DNA of 57,297 nt, taken from Macrostomum lignano. Its lineage: Eukaryota. This document shows positions 20,803 to 43,553 of this stretch, one piece after another. Numbering within the stretch: the first letter of the stretch is position 1; every line of letters begins with the position of its first letter. The stretch is taken from assembly GCA_002269645.1 (NCBI GenBank), contig NIVC01001943.1, positions 1 through 57,297 on the forward strand, given 5' to 3'. A program made the position numbers and the translations under genes. The notes beneath the pieces are model-generated. The model was not told the DNA's origin, ran no database searches, and was given only the letters and a program-made list of their open reading frames with translations.

Positions 20803-23128
20803 ATGAGCAACAGCAAAGAAAAGGATGAAGATATACTCAAAAAACTTGAGTGGTTCTTCAATGGAGGTTACAAAGAAACTGACATAAGAATGCTTCCAGG
20901 TATGCTTGGTGTTTCTAATTATGAAAATTTACAATAGAACATATTCTATGAATTTTTATACTTTTAATATTTTTCAGATAATTACTTCTTTATTGAGGAG
21001 ATACTTAAACTAGATGAATTTGCTGGCGTTTCCATCAGCGAGGTGCACAACGCTGTGCACTCGGATGGCAAGTTGAGGTTTAGTGTGCGCGGTGCTAAGA
21101 TTCGACTGAAGCCTCCAGAATTGAATGTTAGTTCAGTTGTTTTTGCTACTTACCAGTTTAGTAGTAGCGTTTGCGTGTGTTTTAGTGACTACCTTGAGCG
21201 TTGTCACTCTGTCACTCTACAATGACCCATATATTGTCACTCTAAAATGACCCATATTGTCACTCTATACTGACCGATATTGTCACTCTATACTGACCGA
21301 TATTGTCACTCTATACTGACCCATATTGTCACTCTATACTGACCCATATTGTCACTCTACAATGACCCATATTGTCACTCTACAATGACCCATATTGTCA
21401 CTCTGCCTATCTCACCCATCAATTTTTGCAGAAGGACCGCGACGTGATCATTAGCAAGAAGCTGGCTTGGATCCTCCGGCACGGTGCCGAGAAGGAGGGC
21501 TTCAAGTTTGCCGACGGAGGCTACCTGCACCTGGACGAGATGCTCGCCCACAGTGAGTTCGCCGACGTCAACGTAGATGACATACGCCGGGTGATCGACG
21601 CTAACGATAAGAAACGATTCGAATTGCGCTCGGATCCAAGCACTGGTCGCTTGCAGGTGAATGAACCTTGAGTCTATAATTATTTCATGCTTATCCAGCA
21701 ATTTTCACAGTTATCCCATCAAATTTCATATTTATCCCATCAACTTCCATAGTTATCCCATCAATTTTCATAGTTATCCCATCCATTTTCATATTTATCC
21801 CATCAACTTCCATAGTTATCCCATCAATTTTCATAGTTATCCCATCAAATCTCATAGTTATCCCATCAACTTCCATAGTTATCCCATCAACTTCCATAGT
21901 TATCCCATCAATTTTCATTATAATCCCATCAGCTTTCATAGTTATCCCATCAGCTTCATATTTATCTCATGAAAATTCATAGTTATTGCATTGGCTTCCA
22001 TAATTATCCCTAAAAATATATTTATCCCATAAATTCTCATATTCTCTCAGGTGCGGGCAACCCAAGGCCACTCTATGAAAGTGGAAGGTATCGAATACAC
22101 GGATGTGAACCTTGCCAATGCTCACCAGTTCCCTGTGGTGATTCACGGCACCTATTTAAAGAACTGGCGCCAGATCAGCCAGGAAGGCCTGAAGACCATG
22201 GGCAGGACTCATATCCACTTCGCTCCGGGAGAAATCGGTGAAGATGGCGTCGTATCCGGCATGCGAGGATCTGCTGAGATCCTCATCTACCTTGACTTGG
22301 AGATGGCGCTGAGAGGTTGGTTATTAGAAGGTCGATAGTCGCTGTACACCTCGTTTGAGCGTATGAATGAATTCGTGTCCAAGAGTTGCAGCGGAATGAG
22401 CATGACTGTTTGACATGACTGCCTTAGTTTGTCATATCCATTTTAACTTTGACGCACAGTCAATGCAACTGTTGCAGATGGCATCAAGTTCGTCCTGTCC
22501 AAGAACAAGGTCATCCTGTCCGAGGGTGACGCCACTGGTACCATTGCGCCCAAGTATTTCAAGGAGGTTTATCAACGGAGACCGAGTGAGAGCCTTTGTT
22601 GTGCTTTGTTGTGGGCCAGCCTCCCAGATCCTCAGTTGCTGGGCCAGCCTCCCAGATCCTCATCAGTCGCTGAGCCAGCCTCCCAGATCCTCATCAGTCG
22701 CTGGGCCAGCCTCCCAGATCCCCAGTTGCTGGGCCAGCCTCCCAGATCCTCATCAGTCGCTGGGCCAGCCTCCCAGATCCCCAGTTGCTGGGCCAGCTTC
22801 CTAGATCCCCATTTGCTGGGCCAGCCTCCCAGATCCTCATCAGTCGCTGGGCCAGCCTCCCAGATCCTCAGTTGCTGGGCCAGCTTCCCAGATCCCCAGT
22901 TGCTGGGCCAGCCTCCCAGATCCTCATCAGTCGCTGGGTCAGCCTCCCAGATCCCCAATTGCTGGTCCACCAGCCTCCCAGATCCTCAGTTGCTGGGCCA
23001 GCCTTCCAGATCCTCAGTTGCTGGGTCACCGCCACCCCCTTTAAGCAGAATATTGTTGCCTCAGTATAATTCACGAACTCGTGTCTTCATTTCCCGCAGG
23101 AGTTCTGATTCAGAGGCGGGATGAATAA
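20803..23128 (+). CDS. TRPT1: tRNA 2'-phosphotransferase 1 (Tpt1/KptA family), 6 exons, 290 aa
   Basis: Exons 20803-20899, 20978-21126, 21432-21656, 22051-22315, 22478-22585 and 23100-23128 (873 nt, phases consistent). Family motifs: SKKLAWILRHG, KKRF, RATQGHS, IHGT, HIHF, SGMR, F.LSKNKVILSEG, PKYF. AATAAA at 23168-23177. Exons 3-5 are certain; exons 1, 2 and 6 are inferred from splice sites and phase. Confidence 0.92.
21205..21405. repeat. 23-bp minisatellite in TRPT1 intron 2
   Basis: GACCCATATTGTCACTCTATACT, about 8-9 copies. Confidence 0.9.
21705..22035. repeat. 21-bp minisatellite in TRPT1 intron 3
   Basis: TTATCCCATCAACTTCCATAG, about 14 copies. Confidence 0.9.
22610..23025. repeat. 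28/31-bp minisatellite in TRPT1 intron 5
   Basis: CTGGGCCAGCCTCCCAGATCC(TCATCAGTCG or CCAGTTG), alternating units. Confidence 0.9.
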
Positions 23129-23529
23129 CCTCCTCTATCAGCTGTTCATTCGAGATGAAGCCAGAATAATAAATAAAGATTTCTATGACACGACGGGAGA
23201 AGCAATTCTGACACGAACCAATGCAGTGCTATTTATATGACAGCTTTAATTCAAATATATATATGTGGCCTTCTATTCTATGTTCTATGCTGCTCTTTTG
23301 AAAAACTACACAATCTTACTTAACCCCTCTGCAAAATGTATTATGCATGATTTGTAAGTAGTTTTCGGATTGGTTTATTAATTTCTTTGTTGTTTATAAC
23401 TTTAAAGCGATGCAATATTTATATTTGGAAGGTATTTGACAAATTCAAAAAAAAAAAAAATTTTGAGCGTATCAATCGTGTGCGTTGTTTGTTTTGTTGA
23501 CTAAATACTAATTTTCGATATTTGCGATA

Positions 23530-24095
23530 CATCACGTGACTTTGCGGCGGGTCATTTGTGTGCATTCTACGTCATGTGACTATAAGGGATTGGGACTCGA
23601 CTGTATGCACTCTCTGTCTCTGTTAGGTCAGGTGACTATGGGGGATTGGGCCTTGACTTTATGTACTCTCTGTCTCTGATAGGTCACGTGACTATGATGG
23701 ATTGGGCCTTGACTTCCACCTATACTAATTGTCTAAGATTTTGTACTCTCGGTCTCTGTTAGGTCACGTGACTATAGGGGTTGGGCCTTGACTTTATGTA
23801 CTCTCTGTCTCTGATAGGTCACGTGACTATGATGGATTGGGCCTTGACTTCCACCTATACTAATTGTCTAAGATTGTGTACTCTCGGTCTCTGTTAGGTC
23901 ACGTGACTATAGGGGTTGGGCCTTGACTTTAATGTACTCTCAGTCTCTAATAGGTCACGTGACTATGGGAGTTGGGCCTAAGCTATTTGTACTCTCTGTC
24001 TTTGTTAGGTCACGTGACTATGGGGGTTGGGCCTAAACTATTTGTACTCTCTGTCTCTGTTAGGTCACGTGACTATGGGGGTTGGACCTCAACTT
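23530..24095. repeat. Tandem array of about 55-80-bp units built around the GTCACGTGAC palindrome
   Basis: Seven perfect and three imperfect GTCACGTGAC cores. An internal block containing two units is duplicated between about 23680 and 23930. Confidence 0.88.
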
Positions 24096-25092
24096 TTTGC
24101 GCCTATGCTCCTTACCTGTACTGGATCTAATTAAAGTACAGTTGCTTTTTTCATTTTTAAATGAGCTTGTTTACTGATATTCTATGGAATAAATATGGAT
24201 ATATTGGTCTCATATTTTGTTTTTCTTTAATAGTATGCACATGTACTACAGAAATAGAATATTAAAATAATCTGCTGCCCATGTACAAGAAGTATACGCG
24301 ATACTTCGGCAGAAGTAAGTCTTCAAAAAAAGTTCCAAGAAGCATGCAGTGTTTGATTGTAGAAAATTATATCATTCTTCAAACACATTTATTTCTGCAC
24401 GTCACGCGTATAATCCCGTACATTTATTTATAAAATATTTATAAACTATTGTATCTTTCCTATGTATTCCATCCTATGCCTTCTTTTGCATTCGGTGTAC
24501 ATTCTGTACTTTTTAATTTCACCGAATTCCACACTACCAAAAACAATAAAACATTTGAATTTTGCTGAAACGGCTGTGCCTTTTTTAGTGCTACAGAAAT
24601 GTATATTCTAACTATACTACTCATTAGTGTAAGTAGCTAAAATTATTAGTAGAAAGTAGCACGTGATTTTCAGAATCGGTTATTTAAATAATAATTATTT
24701 CACTGCTTCACATTCGATGTAATTTTTAAAACCTTTTTTGTGTGAACTATGTTCAAAGATGTATACAAGTATGTAATGCAATCTATTTTGTTCTGTTTAA
24801 TAAGCGACTACTTTTCTTCATCGTTAATTAAAGTTAAATTATTCAAGAAAAATGTATTTAGTTAGAGTTAAAGAATAGCACAGACTTACAGACAGTGGTT
24901 ATTTATATTAGTAAAGTACATAATAATCATGTGTCCTGTACTGTATAGACTTCGTTCGCTGATTGTAAAAATATAAGAGAGACTTTATTAAGCAAGTTTT
25001 GCACTGATTTTTCTTTATCCCTGGTTAGACACAAAATAATAATATTTTGGTGTTTCATTGTTGTTCATTTAAAATTCTAGTACACCAACATC

Positions 25093-25935
<843 letters not shown>

Positions 25936-25954
25936 AAATAATAAATAATAATTG

Positions 25955-26259
25955 ATTACACCTGCCCTAATGGGCGGCACATCTGAAGGCTGTGTACGGC
26001 TGTTCAGTCCAAAGGACCGGGGGGTCACCACACACACACACCCTCAGTTACCCCAGCTAATGCCACAGATACTAGAGTATTCCAGTTATTCTAGTATCTG
26101 TGGCTAATGCTGGCACCCATTTTACATCTGGGTGAACTGAAGCAATGCAGAGTTGAGTGTCTTGCTCAAGAACACAAATTTTTCCAGTGGGATCGGGAAT
26201 CGAACCCCCGACTTTCCAGTCCTTAGTCCGACGCTCTAATCACTAGGCTACAACCCCTA
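25955..26259 (-). mobile_element. tRNA-derived CORE-like SINE, copy 2
   Basis: Homologous to 465-762. A and B boxes are on the minus strand, and TGTGTTCTTGAGCAAGACACTCAACTC...CATTGCTTCAGTTCACCCAGATGTAAAATGGG is CORE-like. Confidence 0.82.
26064..26102. mobile_element. 39-bp hairpin mini-element with 8-bp TSD inside the SINE
   Basis: CACAGATACTAGA...TCTAGTATCTGTG (13-bp perfect inverted repeat) is flanked by GCTAATGC at 26056-26063 and 26103-26110. SINE copy 1 has a single GCTAATGC and no insert. Confidence 0.8.
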
Positions 26260-26295
26260 TAGATAGATTGATAAATATTATTTACATAAAATTTG

Positions 26296-28640
26296 TCAGC
26301 TCTGCCACTCGCTCCATGGTAGCGGTGTCAATATCTTGGTTTCCATGGAAACGCCAGCCGATTTTTCCAACAGGTTTGTTTGGCTCAGAAAGTCGTCAGG
26401 ATCGGCGGCCGACTCCACGACATAGACTGCGGGTTTTAGAAGCGGAAGAAGTAAAAAATCAATTAAATGAGAGCATTGTATAGATTTTTGTGCTATATAA
26501 AATAGCACGGGTTGCTGAGGGAAGCAGTGGGTGCTTTGGAGGTAGAGAATCTCCAGCCATCTCACGCCTGTTCGCCTTTCCAACCAGGCTTTCAAAGGCG
26601 GCCTTGAAGCCGGGTCGTTGGCTGCAGACTTCGATGCAGTCGGTCGCAGCAGTCTTGGCTGACTCGATTGGTGCAAATTTCAGTGTGCTGAGCTGGTAGA
26701 ACTCTGCATTTTATAGTTAGGTGACAATTTAATTAGCATTTAATGAAATCTGTGAAAATTGGGGATCAAGAAGTTTGGGGATTGTTAAGTTTGGGGATCA
26801 TGAAGTTTGGGCATCCTGAAGTTTGGGCATGATGAAGTTTGGAGATCATGAAGTTTGGGGATCATGAAGTTTAAGGATCATGAAGTTTGGGGATCATGAA
26901 GTTTGGGGATCATGAAGTTTGGGGATCATGAAGTTTGGGGATCAAGAAGTTTGGGGATTGTTAAGTTTGGGGATCATGAAGTTTGGGCATCCTGAAGTTT
27001 GGGCATCATGAAGTTTGGGGATCATGAAGTTTGGGGATCATGAAGTTTGGGGATCATGAAGTTGGGGGATCATGAAGTTTGGGGATCATTAAGTTTGGGG
27101 GATCATGAAGTTTGGGGATCATTAAGTTTGGGCATCATGAAGTTTGGGGATCATGAAGTTTGGGAATCATGAAGTTTGGGGATCATGAAGTTTGGGGATC
27201 AGGAAGTTTGGGGATCAGGAAGTTTGGGGATCATGAAGTTAGGGGATCATGAAGTTTGGGGATCATGAAGTTTGGGGATCAAGAAGTTTGGGGATTGTTA
27301 AGTTTGGGGATCATGAAGTTTGGGCATCCTGAAGTTTGGGCATCATGAAGTTTGGGGATCATGAAGTTTGGGATCATAAAGTTTGGGATCATAAACCTGC
27401 CCTCATGAAGTTTTGGGATCATGACATTTGTGCTCCCCTTCCTCTCTACTTCTCACCTTTGTCAGGCCACCGGCTGCTGGCATCGCCAGCCACACAGCGG
27501 CAGAGCCAGTTGTCCATCATTTGAAACATTGGGCCAACTTGTCCGAGAAATTCCGTCCAGTCAGTGTCCGTGTACATCTCGTCTCTCACGGACTTGCGGT
27601 GAGCCAGGGATTCTGCAAGAGCATGGAACAAATGTATTGTGTTTGATTATAGTGCGTCTTCACTCTTCTTGGGGACAAGCATACACTTTGTGTTGCACTT
27701 GTCCCCCTTCTAGCACACCTGTCCCCCTATCTAGCACACCTGTTCCCCTATCTAGCACACCTGTCCCCCTTATCTAGCACACCTGTCCCCATTCTAGCAC
27801 ACCTGTCCCCCTATCTAGCACTCATGTCTCCCCTATCTAGCACACCTGTCCCCCCTATCTAGCACCCATATCTTCCCTATCTAGCACACCTGTCCCCCCT
27901 ATCTAGCACACCTGTCCCCCCTATCTAGCACACCTGTCCCCCCTATTTAGCACACCTGTCCCCCCTATCTAGCACACCTGTCCCCCCTATCTAGCACACC
28001 TGTCCCCTTCTAGCACACCAATCCCCCTTCTAGCACCCCCTGACCCCTTCCAGTACCCACTGACCACTTCCAGTACCCACTGACCACTTCCAGTACCCAC
28101 TGACCCCTTCCAGTACCCACTGACCACTTCCAGTACCCACTGACCCCTTCCAGCACCCACTGACCCCTTGCAGCACCCACTGACCCCTTCCAGCACCCAC
28201 TGACCCCTTCCAGCACCCACTGACCCTTTCCAACACCCACTGACCCCTTCCAGCACCCACTGACCCCTTCCAGCACCCACTGACCCCTTCCAGCACCCAC
28301 TGACCCTTTACAACACCCACTGACCCCTTCCAGCACCCACTGACCCCTTCCAGCACCCACTGACCCTTTCCAACACCCACTGACCCCTTCCAGCACCCAC
28401 TGACCCCTTCCAGCACCCACTGACCCCTCCCAGCATCCATTGACCTCAGAAGTGCAGCATACCGTACTCCCAGACGTGCAGCACATGATTGAGTGCCCCA
28501 AGCTCGGTCATCCAGATCCCAATGAGCCTCGACCGTCTCGCCCTGTGCGGCACATGCTGAACTGCCAATTGCTTGAACTGGACGACAAATCTTGCAGCAA
28601 TTTGGTAGTAACGAAATTCGTACACTTTGGGGCTTGACAT
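26296..28640 (-). CDS. NIPSNAP: NIPSNAP family protein (NIPSNAP3-like), 4 exons, 200 aa; an upstream exon is possible
   Basis: Exons 28640-28463, 27612-27457, 26703-26566 and 26426-26296 (603 nt, all phase-1 GT-AG introns). Motifs: VYEFRYY, LIGIWMTELGALNHVLHVWEYESLAHRKSVR, D..W..FL, and C-terminal ILTPLPWS. Confidence 0.88.
26760..27420. repeat. 16-bp minisatellite in NIPSNAP intron 2
   Basis: CATGAAGTTTGGGGAT, about 40 copies. Confidence 0.93.
27710..28445. repeat. Two abutting minisatellites in NIPSNAP intron 1 (about 22 bp, then 20 bp)
   Basis: CTAGCACACCTGTCCCCCCTAT units run to about 28030, then CCAGCACCCACTGACCCCTT units run to about 28445. Confidence 0.92.
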
Positions 28641-28957
28641 TTTTTCTTCTTTTGATTTGAATAAAAAATCAGAATATAATTCAGGTATTTTGTAATAAGA
28701 AGGCTTGAAGATTAGTCCCCAAATATATTCACCCACTTGTACAGAGTTGACTGGGGCAGACAGCTATTGACTCTAATTCTTTCCTGCCAAGCCAATACCT
28801 ACAATGCATGTATGCAGAGTGTTCGTCTTATGTAAATATGCAGTTCTGTTCTTACGACCGTACTTTAGGGGCTTGTGCTATCAAGTGCTATAAGAGTCAA
28901 GAATAATGTGCTGTGAGTTAAGAACAAAGTGTCTATACTGAATGTGTTGTTGACCAA

Positions 28958-30015
28958 GTGTTAGTCAGGTGTAAGACAGTGTTTGTCAGATGTTGGTCAG
29001 TGTTTGTCAGATGTTGGTCAGTGTTTGTCAGGTGTTGGTCAGTGTTTGTCAGGTAGTGGTCTGTGTTTGTCAGGTGTTGGTCAGTGTTTGTCAGGTGTTG
29101 GTCAGTGTTTGTCAGGTGTAAGACAGTGTTTGTCAGATGTTGGTCAGTGTTTGTCAGGTGTTGGTCAGTGTTTGTCAGGTAGTGGTCTGTGTTTGTCAGG
29201 TGTTGGTCAGTGTTTGTCAGGTGTTGGTCAGTGTTTGTCAGGTGTAAGACAGTGTTTGTCAGATGTTGGTCAGTGTTTGTCAGGTGTTGGTCAGTGTTTG
29301 TCAGTTGTTGGTCAGTGTTTGTCAGGTGTTTGTCAGTGTTTTTCAGATGTTGGTCAGTGTTTGTCAGGTGTTGGTCAGTGTTTGTCAGGTGTTGGTCAGT
29401 GTTTGTCAGGTGTTTGTCAGTGTTTTTCAGATGTTGGTCAGTGTTTGTCAGTTGTTGGTCAGTGTTTGTCAGTTGTTGGTCAGTGTTTGTCAGGTGTTTG
29501 TCAGTGTTTTTCAGATGTTGGTCAGTGTTTGTCAGGTTTTGGTCAGTGTTTTTCAGATGTTGGTCAGTGTTTGTCAGGTGTTGGTCAGTGTTTTTCAGAT
29601 GTTGGTCAGTGTTTGTCAGGTGTTTGTCAGTGTTTTTCAGATGTTGGTCAGTGTTTGTCAGGTGTTGGTCAGTGTTTTTCAGATGTTGGTCAGTGTTTGT
29701 CAGGTGTTGGTCAGTGTTTCTCAGATGTTGGTCAGTGTTTGTCAGATGTTGGTCAGTTTTTTTCAGATGTTGGTCAGTGTTTGTCAGGTGTTGGTCAGTG
29801 TTTTTCAGATGTTGGTCAGTGTTTGTCAGGTGTTGGTCAGTGTTTTTCAGATGTTGGTCAGTGTTTTTCAGATGTTGGTCAGTGTTTGTCAGGTGTTGGT
29901 CAGTGTTTTTCAGATGTTGGTCAGTGTTTGTCAGGTGTTGGTCAGTGTTTGTCAGGTGTTGTTGGTCAGTGTTTGTCAGATGTTGGTCAGTGTTTGTCAG
30001 GTGTTGGTCAGTGTT
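28958..30015. repeat. 21-bp minisatellite between divergent NIPSNAP and PLC-beta starts
   Basis: GTCAGTGTTTGTCAGGTGTTG, about 50 copies. Confidence 0.95.
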
Positions 30016-30417
30016 CGGGTCTCTTACTCGAATCCTACGGTAGATCTAAGACGCAAATTTGCACCGATTTTAATTGAACACAACTACTGACAACTGAGTA
30101 GTATGAGAAGTGTGCAATTTCTTGGAATGACAAGCAATTTAGCAACAGAAACTGGTAACATATTGGATGCCCATCCAGATCCAATAGAAACTGGCTTTGA
30201 AAATCTGCAGCACTCTCCATCCAGTCCCTATTGGATAATCCGGACATGTACAAGCTAATCCAAAGGCAGATGCTGGCAGAAAAACTTCTATCAGTGCGGC
30301 TACAGTCCATAAATGCGTGATAAAAATCTTCATGACATTTGTAGGCATAATTTTAAATAGAGACTTCAATATTTTAGATAAGACAGAAAATTTTAAGACA
30401 GCACCAAGTGCTGCGCA

Positions 30418-42159
<11,742 letters not shown>

Positions 42160-42199
42160 GTGAGACGATTTTAACTTCATTTTTTTACCTTCTATTCTC

Positions 42200-43440
42200 A
42201 CACCCCTTCCCTATTCTCCCAATCCTAAATCTCCCATCTCCCATCTCCGATCCTGATCATTCTCCCATTCCCATTTGAAGTGGTTGCTTGTACTTTCCTC
42301 GATAGCGTCTAGAGGTGGCCTGGTAGGTCTTTGAATCCCACCGCTGCCACCAGTGAAGTGGTTGCTTGTACTTTCCTCGATAGCGTCTAGAGGTGGCCTG
42401 GTAGGTCTTTGAATCCCACCGCTGCCACCAGTGAAGTACTCTGTTATTCCGGCTACTTCCCTGTCAGTCACGTGAGCTGCCTACTTTGAGCTCTTGGTAG
42501 ACTCTCCCAGGAAGTCTTCTAGCAATCCTTGGTAGTGTTGGTAGTGCTGCCACCAGCTCGCTCGGATCTTGTCCTTCGGTGAGGGAGACTCCGGGCTGAG
42601 CGAAAGAAACGAGACACGAGAACTCAGCACGCCGTGCAGGTTTGACAGTTCGTACCGGTGCACACCTCGTCAGCGGTCCTGCCGGGCTCAAGTGCGGGGA
42701 TGAGGAACTGTGCTAGTCTCTGTTAGTTCGGTTGGGCTTTAACACACTCAAAGACACACAGTCGAAGATGGATCAGAAATCAGATAGGTTGGCTAAGGCC
42801 TAGCGCAAGCTGCGCTGGACTTCCAAGAGAGCAGTTATTAGAAGAGTTAACTCACAGGTAAACGAGAGGTTTCACAGAGGGTCGGGCGGTTGCCAAACAG
42901 AGGCACGAGAGGCCCGTACTTATAGGGTAGCGGATCGATTTCACCATACCGTGCAACACCCCATTGCGCCAGAGTGCGCAAGGCCGCTCTCACTGCCCCC
43001 AATCTGGCGTGAATCAGTTCTATTTTTAGAAACAGGCGCGGAACCCTCAATTTGAGAGGCAAGGACGCCATTCCTAATTTAGAGCCTGACACCCGAGATT
43101 GCACAAGGCAGCGCAAGAAAAGGACAGAGCGCCGGGGCACGTGATCCGCTCCCGTACGGCCAGACAGAGAGTACAGCCAGAACTGGCTGGACTCGAGCCA
43201 AGAGAACGCAGCCACACAAAAGGGGGGGGGGAAGGAGACAGACAAAGCACCTAACGGCCGTGGGCTAGCCAGACAATCCACTACACAAAAAATACCTGGC
43301 TAGCCAGTGAGTCCACGTGTGGACCCACACAGGCTAGCCTAGAGAGTCCACACAGTGCGCACAGTGATAGTACGCTAGATATGCCAAGGAACGCTGCTAT
43401 TGGTCCGTGTAGGCTGGGGTCGAGTGCACCCGCGGACGGG
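42200..43440 (-). mobile_element. Probable decayed retroelement fragment containing an exact 78-bp tandem duplication
   Basis: GC-rich island in an AT-rich intron with broken minus-strand ORF pieces. The period-78 duplication spans 42276-42437. No diagnostic motif was found. Confidence 0.3.
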
Positions 43441-43487
43441 AATGAGAAGTCTGGGAATTCTGAGTGCTAAAAATAGACACCGCTAAA

Positions 43488-43553
43488 AATTGGTCGAGTG
43501 GCCAGTGCGCCTGACTTGAAATTGGAAGGTTTGAGGTTCGAATCTTGCTAGAC
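43488..43553 (+). pseudogene. tRNA-like fragment or SINE head
   Basis: A-box-like TGGTCGAGTGG and B-box GGTTCGAATC at tRNA-like spacing, but no complete acceptor stem. Confidence 0.45.

Noticed and set aside
28983-30090. SGVGQCL-type repeat proteins, and likewise ORFs at 33845-34950, 37655-37966, 45664-46768 and 54520-56493
   Set aside because: Stop-free frames of minisatellites whose unit length is a multiple of 3, or of microsatellites. They lie in introns or spacers and are open in several frames at once.
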